A stretch of DNA of 64,000 nt from Spirochaetota bacterium (GCA_963664815.2 CAXXHB010000003.1:2816001-2880000); one strand, 5' to 3'; numbered from the stretch's first letter, positions 41,649 through 52,980 are shown. Numbers and translations are program-made. The notes: generated by a model not told the origin, from the sequence alone.

Positions 41649-43637
41649 TCACACTCTCATCGGAAGTATAATAAAGGGAAGCCCCTGCCTGTAAAATTTT
41701 CTCTGCAAAGCAAAAGCGGAATAGTTATGGAGAAACCTTGTAATCAGCGTATCTTCGGGGAAAACCAGCTGTCCTGCAAAGAATATCGCCCCCGGATGTT
41801 TTTTTATTACATTTTGAGCTGCTTCAAAAGATGTATCTACAATTTCAACTCCAAGGGAAAATTCATACTCGGCGTAATATCCATGTTTAGCCATAAAGTC
41901 AATATAACGGTTAAGTTCGGATTCAGTGTGTTTCTTAAGCTCTTCAATCTCATGTTCACCCTTGAAAGAACCCGAATCAACAACTCCGATCTGTATAAAA
42001 ACAAAATTTTTAAATCTCCCCCTGAACATCCTGATTATTGCGAAAAGGCTATGCAGTCCCATTCCTGTAAATCCGTTTACAAAAAGCACAGCAGTGTCAC
42101 CATCAGTTTTATAAACAGGCCTTTTTATATTTTTTTTCTTTCCTGCCTGATTTTCTATATTTTCAATTTCCAGCAGCGTGTCAAATTTTGAAAGAAGTTT
42201 ACCGGTTTTCCTGTAATGATTTTTAATCATAACTGAAACTGCGACAAGGGAACCTGTTATTATAATTGTAAACCATCCCCCTTCGTTGAATTTGAGGACT
42301 ACTACCGAGACAAGTATAAAACTTGTAAGTACTAGACCAATCGCATTAATAAGCATTCTGTGTTTCCATTTATCTTCAGAATGCCTGACCTGCCACCAGT
42401 GGCGGACCATCCCGAGCTGTGACAAAGTAAATGTTACAAAGACATTGATGCTGTAAAGAACCACAAGAAATCTTACAGAACCATGAGAATATAACATAAG
42501 AGCGAATGCCGACACCCCCATTATAAGCACTCCGTTCTGAGTAACAAGCCTGTCATTTAAGGTCGCAAATCTGGTTGGAGCCCATTTGTCAAGCGCCATA
42601 TTTGAAAGAATCCTCGGACCGTCCAGAAAACCGGTCTGAGCAGCTACAAAGAGCAGCAAGGCCTCCGAGACCAGAGTTATCAGAAGAAAAACATGTCCGT
42701 ATCCACCCCAGCCATCTGTCATTTTATAAAACAAAACTGCATTCAAGGTCTTACCGGGTACATGCTCAACGTTAAAGAGCAAATATGACACAATCAATCC
42801 AAATACCATAAAGGCAAGAGAGTATGACATATAACGCATAGTATGTCTGGCTGTGACCAGCTTAGGTTCGCGAAGAATAGGTATACCATTACTTACAGCT
42901 TCTATCCCGGTAAATGTACCGGCACCCATACTATATGCCTTGAGAATCAGCAGTATCATTCCCACTTTCCCGAGTTCAAGTGATGTTGCAGCAACATCCG
43001 CAGAGGTGGCATTTATAAGTGCCGGAATTCCGGTCAAGTTCATTGTGAATGCATAAATTATTACAATTGCATGAGTAAAAATGAATATTAAAAATACCGG
43101 AACCAGTGGAAGAACTGATTCCTTTACTCCCCGCATATTTAACCATGTAAGAACCAACAGCGCTGTCACTGCAACAGGCATTTTTAAATGAAGAACATCA
43201 GGGGGGAAAAAGCTGAAAAGCGCATCAGCACCGCTTGCAATTGATAGTGTTATAGTCAGTACATAGTCAATAAGCAGCGCACTTCCCGATATCATTCCAA
43301 CAGTAGGAGAAAGAAGCTTGCTCGCAACGAGATAACCGCCACCGCCAGACGGGAATAACTCTATAATCTGGGAATAACTAGCTGCTATAATAAAAATTGT
43401 AATTACTGTACCAAGCGCAACAAAGACAGCAAGGGGCGTATGACGGCCAAGAGTAAGAAATGCCTCTTCCGGGCCGTAACATGATGAAGTAAGGCCGTCG
43501 GAACCAAGACCAACCCACGCGAAGAATGCGACAAGAGACATTGTATGAAAAATATTCGGATCCGAAATATTTCTCGCATCCCCCATAAAAATACGTTTTA
43601 CCCTCAGAAAGATGGTAACTTTTTCTTTATCCGACAT
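41649..43637 (-). CDS. APC-family permease, KimA/YdaO-like potassium transporter
   Basis: SDGLTSSCYGPEE, SYSQI...PSGGGGY, LLIDYVLT, TGIEAVSNG; ~12 TM plus soluble C-terminal domain; ydaO riboswitch upstream. Confidence 0.9.
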   Translation of the reverse strand: MSDKEKVTIFLRVKRIFMGDARNISDPNIFHTMSLVAFFAWVGLGSDGLTSSCYGPEEAFLTLGRHTPLAVFVALGTVITIFIIAASYSQIIELFPSGGGGYLVASKLLSPTVGMISGSALLIDYVLTITLSIASGADALFSFFPPDVLHLKMPVAVTALLVLTWLNMRGVKESVLPLVPVFLIFIFTHAIVIIYAFTMNLTGIPALINATSADVAATSLELGKVGMILLILKAYSMGAGTFTGIEAVSNGIPILREPKLVTARHTMRYMSYSLAFMVFGLIVSYLLFNVEHVPGKTLNAVLFYKMTDGWGGYGHVFLLITLVSEALLLFVAAQTGFLDGPRILSNMALDKWAPTRFATLNDRLVTQNGVLIMGVSAFALMLYSHGSVRFLVVLYSINVFVTFTLSQLGMVRHWWQVRHSEDKWKHRMLINAIGLVLTSFILVSVVVLKFNEGGWFTIIITGSLVAVSVMIKNHYRKTGKLLSKFDTLLEIENIENQAGKKKNIKRPVYKTDGDTAVLFVNGFTGMGLHSLFAIIRMFRGRFKNFVFIQIGVVDSGSFKGEHEIEELKKHTESELNRYIDFMAKHGYYAEYEFSLGVEIVDTSFEAAQNVIKKHPGAIFFAGQLVFPEDTLITRFLHNYSAFALQRKFYRQGLPFIILPMRV

Positions 43638-43669
43638 TTTTTCATTCTCCCCGTAAAGGACAAGGGAAT

Positions 43670-43690
43670 AAAAAAACTGCAGTAGCAGTT
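43670..43690 (-). terminator. Riboswitch-associated intrinsic terminator
   Basis: Minus strand AACTGC-TACT-GCAGTT followed by U-run, between aptamer and start codon. Confidence 0.7.
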
Positions 43691-43701
43691 AAATTTTGAA
43701 C

Positions 43702-43830
43702 TCCTGCCCTTCCATCTGCCTACGAGGTTAGCTGACGGGCTCGGGTCTGGAAGTACCCTATTCTAAAAAGAAATGCGCCCCTGAAAACCGGTTCCCCCGC
43801 ATCCATACCATGTATGAATCTCAGCGATAA
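43702..43830 (-). ncRNA. c-di-AMP riboswitch (ydaO/yuaA class)
   Basis: Minus strand CGCTGA...GCGGGGGAACC...GGGG...TAGGG...CCCGAGCCCGTCAGCTAACCTCGTAGGC hallmark segments. Confidence 0.93.
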
Positions 43831-44077
43831 TATAATATATATTTAATTTAAATACCAGTTTCCGGTCAAGCTTTTTGATTTAAAACTCCTTTATATGATG
43901 TTAGGATTTCGTGAATATTTTATCCGGACATAAATATTCTTAATTTAATATTTTCATAAACCATCCCATCGCTTTGATTTTTTACGCATCTCATTTCCAG
44001 CACTAAATATTATTTATTATGATATTTTGTTGACTTGATAACTACTGTATTGGAAAAATAAAGAAGCAGGGATAAAC

Positions 44078-44770
44078 ATGTATAATCTGGAAAAATATCT
44101 GACACCAGCTGACATCATTGACAGCGACAATGACACTGTTATTGATTATATGACAAGAATAATAGGCAGTGAAAAGCTTTCCTACACTGAAAAAGCAATT
44201 AAACTCTACCTTCGAGTTAGAGATGATATAAGATACAATCCATATCTTCCGTTCTATAAACCTGAACATTACAGATCAAGCAATGTGATAAAATCCGGTG
44301 AAGGATTCTGCATAGGGAAAGCAGGACTTCTCTGTGCTGTTGCAAGAGCCGCCGGCATCCCTTCAAGAGTTGGATTTGCAACAGTCAGAAATCATCTCTC
44401 AACAAAGCAGCTTCACGATTACATGGGATCTGACACTATTTCCTGGCATGGCTATACGGAATTATGGCTTAACGAAAAATGGGTGAAGGCTACTCCGGCT
44501 TTTAACAAAGAACTTTGCATCCTTCATAAAGTACTTCCGCTTGAATTTGACGGAACACATGATTCAATATTCCAGGAGTATAATTCCGATCAGGCCCGTT
44601 TCATGGAATATGTTGCATATCATGGCGAATTCTTTGACATACCTGTTAACCTTATTTTAAAATCCTGGGAGGAGTCTTACGGCAAACAACGCGTCGATGG
44701 CTGGAAGGTCACCATTGAGAAAAAGGATAAACACGGCGGTCTCGATTTTATGAAGGAAGATATAATCTGA
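44078..44770 (+). CDS. Transglutaminase-like family protein
   Basis: VRDDIRYNPY, GFCIGKA.LL.A..RA.GIPSR, HGYTELWL..KWVKATP. Confidence 0.9.
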   Translation: MYNLEKYLTPADIIDSDNDTVIDYMTRIIGSEKLSYTEKAIKLYLRVRDDIRYNPYLPFYKPEHYRSSNVIKSGEGFCIGKAGLLCAVARAAGIPSRVGFATVRNHLSTKQLHDYMGSDTISWHGYTELWLNEKWVKATPAFNKELCILHKVLPLEFDGTHDSIFQEYNSDQARFMEYVAYHGEFFDIPVNLILKSWEESYGKQRVDGWKVTIEKKDKHGGLDFMKEDII

Positions 44771-45652
44771 ATGTTTACAAACTCCAGGAAAAGCTGCCCG
44801 CTTTGTAAAAGTAATAACATAAAACATAAATATCATATAAACAGGTATAAACATGAGTTTGATATTGATGAGTGTAATAAATGTGGATTCATGTTTATTA
44901 ATCCCCTCTTCACAGATAATGTTATTGAAGATTTTTACTCAGAAGATTATTTCAAAGGAAAAGCAGATTACTCATACATTGATGAACGTGAAATAAAAAA
45001 ATACTCGCAGTATGTCTGGAGTAAACGTGTAAATGAAATACGTAAATATGTAATGGACGGAAATTTTTTAGATGTTGGATGTTCATTCGGAGGGCTCCTT
45101 GAATCTGCTGCAAAATACTATACACCCTTTGGAATTGAACTTGCAGATTATGCATTTTCTCATGCAAAGGATCTGTTCGGGGATAATATTCATCACGGCA
45201 CACTGAACAATCACACATTCAGTAATAATTTTTTTTCAGCGATAACCATGATAGAACTTATAGAACATCTGTCTGATCCGGTTTTTGCCATTAACGAATG
45301 TTTTAAGCTTCTAAAATCCGGAGGAGTTCTTGTTGTACAGACTGCAAACATGAATGGAAAGCAGGCAATTGACCTGGGTAAAAATTATGAATACTTTATG
45401 CCTGGTCATCTTTCATACTTTACAGCAGAAAATCTCTCTTCGCTTTTAAAAACGTCCGGCTTCACAAAAATAAAGATTTATTACCCTGTAGAATTCGGAC
45501 TGTTGCCTAAGCTTTTAAAATCGCGCGGAAGTTTCCGAAACCTCTCAGATTACAAAGCTTGGTTAAGGATTTCATCATACCATTTAAAAAGCAAAATTCA
45601 TTTTAAAAATTTTGCCATGACCAGTTCAATGGTCATTTATGCGGTAAAATAA
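44771..45652 (+). CDS. Class I SAM-dependent methyltransferase with N-terminal Zn-binding motif
   Basis: CPLC...CNKC; FLDVGCSFG; LIEHLSDP; LKSGG. Confidence 0.9.
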   Translation: MFTNSRKSCPLCKSNNIKHKYHINRYKHEFDIDECNKCGFMFINPLFTDNVIEDFYSEDYFKGKADYSYIDEREIKKYSQYVWSKRVNEIRKYVMDGNFLDVGCSFGGLLESAAKYYTPFGIELADYAFSHAKDLFGDNIHHGTLNNHTFSNNFFSAITMIELIEHLSDPVFAINECFKLLKSGGVLVVQTANMNGKQAIDLGKNYEYFMPGHLSYFTAENLSSLLKTSGFTKIKIYYPVEFGLLPKLLKSRGSFRNLSDYKAWLRISSYHLKSKIHFKNFAMTSSMVIYAVK

Positions 45653-45700
45653 TTACAGGTTATGATTGAAAAGTATATAATTCTTTTAAATTTTTCAATA

Positions 45701-46168
45701 TCATTCACACATTGAAGCCTGTATTTCATACTCATCAAGATAGTTGCACAACTCACGGAATTTTTCTATCTCTTTAATACTGTTCAGATATCTTAAATCC
45801 AGTATATATCCTGATGCTTTATGTTTCAGAAATTCAGCATCCCATAAATCCGTTGCAATAAATCCATTACTGTAATGATACCTGAATGGCTCAAATGATG
45901 ACAGATGAGAGCGAAAGTAATTTACCTTGGCAAAACATATCTCATTTATCCTGAAAAGCAGACCTATTATATCGCTTTTTTCCATGAATCCGTGCCTGCA
46001 GATTTTTCTGGGGAAGGAATTTTCCTTCACTGTTACCCAAAGCATATTATCAGTCAGGAATAACGAATGTTTTTCAATAAACTTTCTTTTTTCTTCTGTA
46101 AGCAATGAGGTTATCTCCACTCTCCTGCTGTTTTCTTTAAACGCACCGGTTTCGTTCATAAATTGCAT
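45701..46168 (-). CDS. Hypothetical protein (recalls a Leptospira-type conserved family)
   Basis: 155-aa ORF; DLWDAEF, ILDL..L..I..FRELC.YL pattern. Confidence 0.65.
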   Translation of the reverse strand: MQFMNETGAFKENSRRVEITSLLTEEKRKFIEKHSLFLTDNMLWVTVKENSFPRKICRHGFMEKSDIIGLLFRINEICFAKVNYFRSHLSSFEPFRYHYSNGFIATDLWDAEFLKHKASGYILDLRYLNSIKEIEKFRELCNYLDEYEIQASMCE

Positions 46169-46708
46169 TACCCATTCTTTTTTTTCATTTTTTCTTTATG
46201 TTTTTCAGGCATATTATGTGAATTTATTCATCTGAAAAGGTTCCGGATATTCCCAGTAAATCTGAAATTACGGGTTTTCCTGTTCTTTTCTTTCAGGCTC
46301 TATCCGATCAAACCTTCAGCGACCCTGTTCATAATTTACACCTAACAGTCCAGATCGGAATTATCTATTATTAAAATACAACGGCGTTCTCCTGATAAAC
46401 ATAAAAAATCAATTATTTATTTTAACAAACAACCGCACTTCTCATGCCTCAACTTGAATTCAAAGTATAATAACAAATTATAACTGCAAAAGATTGCATT
46501 TTAATATAAAAATAAATATCTCAGACCATCTGCATCATGGTTTTATAAATCCGGTAAATTCTCATTCAATAAAAATTAAAGAAGTAATCACTTCTGATTT
46601 TTTTAATAATATTAAAAATAATTAGTGAAATATATTCCAGATTTTAGTATTAATTTATTGTTTTTTCATTAACTCTTTATAATTAAAAAATGTTTTCGTG
46701 GAGTCAAA

Positions 46709-47653
46709 ATGTTTACCAGAAAAATATTCCTGAAAAAAGTAAAATGCTTTATTAAAAACACATTTTTCACATTTACTGTTTTCCCATTATTAGCTGAATA
46801 TCTTGAGGCCGCTGAAGATAAATCCGCCTTTGACCTCGTTGCGCTCAAAGGCGGGAAAGGGCCTGATGAGCTTTTCAGAAAAGGTATAACATATCTCGGT
46901 GGTATGGGCCGATTTGTTAAAAAAGGACAGAGTGTTCTGATTAAACCAAATATCGGATGGGACAGAACTCCGGAATATGGGGCGAACACTGATCCGGTTT
47001 TAATAGGAGCAATAATCAGAGAATGCTTCAACTCCGGTGCATCTGAGGTCTACGTGCTGGATCATACATGTGACTCATGGCAGAGCTGCTACAAAAACAG
47101 TGGGATAGAAGAATACGCAAAGAATTCCGGAGCTAAGACCGTACCTGCTAATTCAAAAGAATACTATATCAAAACCAATATTCCTCGCGGAAAAATACTT
47201 AAAGAAGCCCTTGTCCATAAACTTTTTATGCAGTGTGATGTTGTGATAAACGTACCGATTCTCAAACATCATTCATCCACTGGTATAACAGCTTCAATGA
47301 AAAATCTTATGGGAGTAGTATGGGACAGATACGAATGGCACAGGAAAGATCTGCATCAATGTATTGCCGACTTTGCCACTCTGCGACGTCCTGATCTTTG
47401 TGTTCTTGACGGATGGAAAGTCATGATTAAAAACGGGCCCAGAGGATACAGTGTTTCTGATACAGTAAAGTACGAGTACCTTTTCCTCTCAACTGATCCT
47501 GTTGCTATTGACGCTGCTGGAGCTGCGGTTCTCGCGAAAGCAGGTGTGTTTACCGGCAAAGCCGAAGATATACGCTACATCAAAATAGCCAGAGAACATG
47601 GTGTCGGAAGAACCGACCTGGATAAAATGAATATAAAGAGGATAACTTTTTGA
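46709..47653 (+). CDS. DUF362 domain protein, degenerate Tat-like signal
   Basis: LGGMGRFV..G.SVLIKPNIGWDR, INVPILKHH, MKNLMG, DPVAIDA; N-terminal TRKIFLK. Confidence 0.9.
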   Translation: MFTRKIFLKKVKCFIKNTFFTFTVFPLLAEYLEAAEDKSAFDLVALKGGKGPDELFRKGITYLGGMGRFVKKGQSVLIKPNIGWDRTPEYGANTDPVLIGAIIRECFNSGASEVYVLDHTCDSWQSCYKNSGIEEYAKNSGAKTVPANSKEYYIKTNIPRGKILKEALVHKLFMQCDVVINVPILKHHSSTGITASMKNLMGVVWDRYEWHRKDLHQCIADFATLRRPDLCVLDGWKVMIKNGPRGYSVSDTVKYEYLFLSTDPVAIDAAGAAVLAKAGVFTGKAEDIRYIKIAREHGVGRTDLDKMNIKRITF

Positions 47654-49254
47654 AATTTTATTCCTTTTTAAAACCGGCACGTGTTTTGTCTGCTGTTTTT
47701 GTAATAATTCCGGTCAGCCTTATCTTCTTTGATATTTACGGTTTCATCCCGGCTTCTACTGCCCGATATATAGCTCTGACTCAATTTATTCCATCATTGC
47801 TTAATTTCATCCATTCTCCAGCTATACCCTTTTCACTATTTGTTATTATTATCCTGCTTACACTTTCATCAGGAAGAAGCTACTGCTCGATTCTCTGCCC
47901 GCTTGGTATATTCCAGGACACGATATCACGCATAGCACATCTTCTTGGCATAAAAAAAGTCTACCGGTACTCTCCCCCACATAATCTGGTCCGATATTCA
48001 GTACTTTTAATAGCTACAGCCACATTTTCAGCAGGAGGTACAGTTTTGCTGGTATGGCTTGATCCATTTTCGATATACGGGAGGTTTTCTTCATTCATAG
48101 TCTACCCTGTTGTAACATGGATTAACAACTTCGCAAGTTCATTACTGGCAGATTTCAACATCTATTTCACTCATTCTGTTGATATTAAGTACGCAAGTAT
48201 CTGCATTATCCTTATCATTACAGTAATTATCACATTTATACTTTTATCCGCCATGTTCAAAGGCAGACTTTACTGCAACACGGTATGTCCGGTTGGCACA
48301 TTACTCGGATTGATATCAACCGTTTCTTTTTTTAAACTTGATATTGATAAAGAGTCATGTATAAAATGCGGTAAATGTGAAAAAACATGCAAAAGCGGAT
48401 GTATCGGGTATAATGACGGACATATCGATTTTTCAAGATGCGTTTTATGCTTCAATTGCATCGGTATCTGTCCAGAAAGAAGTATACGCTTCAGGTTTTC
48501 ATACTTAAAAAAGCAAAACGAAGATAAAAAAACTACCGGCGGGGAGAATATAGTCTCATTCAGTGACAGTACAAAAATTGCCAGGAGATCATTCCTCGCA
48601 GGCATAATCCTTGTGCCCTCACTTCTTCCAGCAGACCCGTCAGACAGGAAGCAGCGGTTATATATCCAGGACAGGTCAAAGCAAAAGGAATATAAAAAGA
48701 GAATTTTCGCATCGCCACCCGGTTCAACAAGCATTGAAACATTCAACATAAGATGCACAGCATGTTCATTATGCATTTCCAGATGTCCGTCGTCTGTACT
48801 CCAGCCTTCAGTGATGCAATATGGAATTCATGGAATTATGCAGCCTTTCCTCGATTTTGATGCAGGATATTGCAACTATGACTGCATAGTATGCGGTGAA
48901 GCATGTCCTTCAGGAGCAATTTCCAGAATAAATATTTCCGATAAGCATATTATTAAAACAGGAAAATCTCATTTTATTAAAGAGAATTGTATTACATATA
49001 CTAATGGAACCGCATGCGGTGCATGTTCGGAGCATTGCCCCACTAAAGCGATAAAAATGATTCCATTTAAAAACAGACTTTTAATCCCGGAGATTAACCA
49101 GTCTATATGCATAGGATGCGGAGCATGTGAACACGTTTGTCCCGTGAGACCTTTCAGGGCAATGTATGTTGAAGGGTCTGTAAGACATGAGAAAGCTGAA
49201 CTGCCCAAAAAAGAGGAAAATGTAATCATTAAAAAAGAAAATTTCCCATTTTAA
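47650..49254 (+). CDS. Membrane polyferredoxin (NapH/MauN-like TM part + NapG/MauM-like 4Fe-4S part)
   Basis: GR.YC..CP.G twice; many CxxCxxCxxxC motifs; PPG..F..RC. Confidence 0.9.
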   Translation: MKFYSFLKPARVLSAVFVIIPVSLIFFDIYGFIPASTARYIALTQFIPSLLNFIHSPAIPFSLFVIIILLTLSSGRSYCSILCPLGIFQDTISRIAHLLGIKKVYRYSPPHNLVRYSVLLIATATFSAGGTVLLVWLDPFSIYGRFSSFIVYPVVTWINNFASSLLADFNIYFTHSVDIKYASICIILIITVIITFILLSAMFKGRLYCNTVCPVGTLLGLISTVSFFKLDIDKESCIKCGKCEKTCKSGCIGYNDGHIDFSRCVLCFNCIGICPERSIRFRFSYLKKQNEDKKTTGGENIVSFSDSTKIARRSFLAGIILVPSLLPADPSDRKQRLYIQDRSKQKEYKKRIFASPPGSTSIETFNIRCTACSLCISRCPSSVLQPSVMQYGIHGIMQPFLDFDAGYCNYDCIVCGEACPSGAISRINISDKHIIKTGKSHFIKENCITYTNGTACGACSEHCPTKAIKMIPFKNRLLIPEINQSICIGCGACEHVCPVRPFRAMYVEGSVRHEKAELPKKEENVIIKKENFPF

Positions 49255-49674
49255 CATTCTTCTGACAAATTATATATAGTATTCAGCTAGATGAAAGTAC
49301 ATTGTCATCATATAAACGAACAAATAATAACTTTAAAATGAACCCTTTTTGAAAAAAAGAATTCATTTCCCATTAAGCAAACAAAAATCTCCTTTTTTAC
49401 TTGATTAATATAACATCCAATCCAGAATACACTTTATAAAATCAGCTTTAACTCTTCCATTGGTCATTATATCTGATAAATTGGCAAAGGGTTTAAAATA
49501 TTTATGTTGAGCTTATCAAAATGAAAAATATAAACTGAATCCGTAATTATTTGAGATTCAACTGAATAAATATAATAACAGATATTAAATAGCAAAATGC
49601 TATAGTTAAGTCTTTTATGTTCTTATGACAACTTTCAAACATCATCAGATCCAGATAGAGGAGATAAAAAACAG

Positions 49675-50307
49675 ATGAGCGAAAGAGTAACGCTAAAAAC
49701 TCTTAAAAATAACGAGAGAGAAGCAAGGAAGAATCTCATCATTGATGCCGCGGAAAAAGTTTTTGCGACAAAACCTGTCGATAAGGCAACAATGAGGGAG
49801 ATTGCCGATGAAGCCGGTATGGCTACTTCTTCGATATACCGTTTCTTCCCTAACCAGGAGGCCATACTTATTGCGGCAGCCGTGAGGTCCCAGGGATTAT
49901 TTAATGAGGCACTGGACAAATTCTTTGATGAAAACGATCCGGAAAAAAGCCTGAAGAAAGTCCTTGATATATATATCGATTTCATTGCAGAAAACGATAC
50001 ATACTTCCGTATGATGACAATTTTAATGTCACAGGGAAATCTTAACATGGAATCCAGTAAATCACTTGTAGATGTAATGAATGAAACACTTATAAGGCTG
50101 GATCGGATTTTTAAACTGATGAAATTTACCGATAATCCACGAACACTTTCAAGATATATTTATGCATCAATGATCGGGATTTCTGTCTCATACAACAAGC
50201 TTCCGGGGATAAATCCCGAAAGCCGTACCAAGCATATGAAATCACTTTCAGAAATTCTCTATGCCATGATATATAATTATCCCAGAGATTCAAAACTACC
50301 TGTCTGA
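49675..50307 (+). CDS. TetR/AcrR family transcriptional regulator
   Basis: IIDAAEKVF...ATMREIA.EAG....IYRFF HTH. Confidence 0.92.
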   Translation: MSERVTLKTLKNNEREARKNLIIDAAEKVFATKPVDKATMREIADEAGMATSSIYRFFPNQEAILIAAAVRSQGLFNEALDKFFDENDPEKSLKKVLDIYIDFIAENDTYFRMMTILMSQGNLNMESSKSLVDVMNETLIRLDRIFKLMKFTDNPRTLSRYIYASMIGISVSYNKLPGINPESRTKHMKSLSEILYAMIYNYPRDSKLPV

Positions 50308-50430
50308 TGTAGTATTTCATGAAATGACAGATTAACAATAATAACTCCATGATACACAGAAAAAATAAATTACTGCCGTTAAACATTAATCATATATAAA
50401 ATCTGTTAGTTTTATCAATCCATGTTATTG

Positions 50431-51390
50431 TTAAAATCTGAATTCCATCCCTTCAAAAGCAAGATCAACCTCAAGGGTTTCCCCTACTTTTTTATTCACA
50501 TGCATATATGACTTTGCATTTGAAATGACGCTGTTAAGCTTTTCATCTCCATAATTTGGATCATGATGGAAAAGAACCAGTTTCCTTACGTTATACTTAG
50601 CGGCAATATCGATTGCTATTGATGCCGATGAATGTCCCCATGATATTTTATCAATTATAGATTCCTGAAAAGTATATTGGGCGTCAAATAACAGTATATC
50701 CGCATTACTGAAAAAATCTTCATAAACATGTATATCATCAATCTCATTGATACTGAATTCACAATCGCTTGTATAAACAAACACATTATCCCCGTCTTCA
50801 ATTCTGATCCCATATGCTCCGCCAGGATGAGGCATGCTCTTCACGTATATTTTGACATCATTTATATAAAAATTTTCATTTTGTTTAACAGTGAAAAATC
50901 TTTTCGATGCCTGCATTTTATCAAATGATATCGGGAAATGAGTATCAGGCTGCTGATACTCAATTCTTTCTTTCAAATCCGTGATTGGAGAATAAAAGTT
51001 TAATCTGTTCCCTTTTATATATCCTGGAGTAAAAAATGGAATTCCATGTATATGATCCCAATGTGTATGAGTTAGAAATATACTGGCAGAACCTCTTCCC
51101 TTCCCGAACTCTCCGGCCATCAGCTCTCTCCCCAGGTTTATCAAACCGGATCCACAGTCAATGATTATCAATTCTCCGGTAGACGTACTGACCTCTATAC
51201 AGGTTGTATTTCCTCCATACGTACCGCGAATTGAAAGCGGCAGGTTATGCACGAACTGTCTTACTGAGTCTTCAGAGGAAATATCACCCGGTCTGGCGAT
51301 TGTAAGAGCCTTAACAATCTTTTCTTCTATTGATTCTGAATTAAGCGGAGTCGGGTAAGACCCTCTTACTCCCCAGAGTTTAACCTTCAT
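50431..51390 (-). CDS. MBL-fold metallo-hydrolase (start at 51390, MKVKLWG)
   Basis: WGVRGS.PTP, YGGNTTC, THTHWDHIHG, WGHSS, LFHHDP. Confidence 0.92.
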   Translation of the reverse strand: MKVKLWGVRGSYPTPLNSESIEEKIVKALTIARPGDISSEDSVRQFVHNLPLSIRGTYGGNTTCIEVSTSTGELIIIDCGSGLINLGRELMAGEFGKGRGSASIFLTHTHWDHIHGIPFFTPGYIKGNRLNFYSPITDLKERIEYQQPDTHFPISFDKMQASKRFFTVKQNENFYINDVKIYVKSMPHPGGAYGIRIEDGDNVFVYTSDCEFSINEIDDIHVYEDFFSNADILLFDAQYTFQESIIDKISWGHSSASIAIDIAAKYNVRKLVLFHHDPNYGDEKLNSVISNAKSYMHVNKKVGETLEVDLAFEGMEFRF

Positions 51391-51586
51391 ATTTCTCTCT
51401 ATACACATTTTTATTATACATATTTAAAACATCTAAACCTGTCACCTGATAAATTTCAATAAAAAATCAGGTATGTAATAAAAAACTTGACAGTATATAA
51501 TTTTTTTATCTTTATCAGTCTGTTAATTACACTTGCAGATAATACTTTAAGTCAAAAAACAATTACACAGATATACGGATACACTA

Positions 51587-52798
51587 ATGAAATTTTCTGA
51601 CAGAATCCTCAAGGTTAAACCCTCACCCACCATCGCTGTTACATCAATGGCTAACCTTCTTAAATCACAGGGCGTAGATATAATAGGCTTCGGAGCCGGA
51701 GAACCGGATTTTGACACCCCGAAAAACATCAGGGATGCAGCTATACATGCAATCGAAACAGGCAAAACAAGATATACTCCTTCCGGAGGTATTCCCGAAC
51801 TGAAAAACGCAGTGGTAACAAAACTTAAACGGGATAATAAGCTCGAATATAAACCTTCGGAAGTAATAATCAACTGCGGCGGCAAACACTCATTCTATAA
51901 TCTGATGCAGGTACTTCTTAATGACGGTGATGAGGTGATAATACCCGCACCTTACTGGGTTTCCTACCCTGACATGGTTCTACTTGCCGGTGGTAAACCT
52001 GTAATAATAAACACAGAATCTGATGCAGGATTTAAAATAACTCCTCAGCAGTTGAAAACAAGCATCACTCCGAAAACAAGAGCAGTTGTAATCAACTCTC
52101 CATCAAACCCAACAGGCGCCGCTTATACGTTTGATGAGCTGAAGAATCTTGCTGATGTGATTGAAAAAACAGAGATAATACCTATATCCGACGATATTTA
52201 TGAAACAATAGTTTTTGACGGATTTAAGTTTTCCAATATAGCAAACGTTTCTGAATCAATGAAGAAAAGAGCAGTTGTAATTAACGGTTGTTCAAAAACT
52301 TATGCCATGACTGGATGGAGAATAGGTTACATGGCCGGCGATCAGGAACTTATCAGTAAGATAGACACTCTTCAGGGGCAATCTACATCAAATCCAACGA
52401 CCATATCCCAATGGGCAGCGATAGAAGCGTTAACCGGAGATCAAAGCGTGCTTGCGGAAATGATGGTTGCGTTCGACAGAAGAAGAAGATTTGTTGTCAA
52501 AGAACTGAACACGATGCCGGGGGTTACATGCTACAATCCCGAAGGGGCTTTTTATGCGTTCCCTGGCGTTTCCGGAGTTTATGAACTTAAGAACTGGAAT
52601 AAAATCGCGGAACAATACAAAGATCAGTATAAGTCTTCAACTCTCTGCGCGTATCTTATGGAAATAGCAAAAACCGCCGTGGTTCCGGGGATTGCATTCG
52701 GCAATGACAGGTATTTCAGGATGTCTTTCGCTACATCCGATGAAAACCTGAAAGAAGGCTTAAAAAGAATCAGAGAGGCTCTTGAGAAACTTGTATAA
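51587..52798 (+). CDS. Class I/II PLP aminotransferase (aspartate aminotransferase-like)
   Basis: GEPDF, YT...GI.EL, NSPSNPTG, SDDIY, SKTYAMTGWRIG. Confidence 0.95.
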   Translation: MKFSDRILKVKPSPTIAVTSMANLLKSQGVDIIGFGAGEPDFDTPKNIRDAAIHAIETGKTRYTPSGGIPELKNAVVTKLKRDNKLEYKPSEVIINCGGKHSFYNLMQVLLNDGDEVIIPAPYWVSYPDMVLLAGGKPVIINTESDAGFKITPQQLKTSITPKTRAVVINSPSNPTGAAYTFDELKNLADVIEKTEIIPISDDIYETIVFDGFKFSNIANVSESMKKRAVVINGCSKTYAMTGWRIGYMAGDQELISKIDTLQGQSTSNPTTISQWAAIEALTGDQSVLAEMMVAFDRRRRFVVKELNTMPGVTCYNPEGAFYAFPGVSGVYELKNWNKIAEQYKDQYKSSTLCAYLMEIAKTAVVPGIAFGNDRYFRMSFATSDENLKEGLKRIREALEKLV

Positions 52799-52980
52799 TG
52801 ATAGTATCATGAATCCATGTTTATTACAAAGACAGCTGCTGCTTTTTTAAAATGCCGGTATTTTTAATTTTAACGGATTAATAAGCAGATTTTATAATTT
52901 ATTAATTATCCCGCCGGGGAATTCTATAATGTAAATCAAAGCGTTTCAACGCTTTTTTAAAAAATAACAGGGGGGAATTC

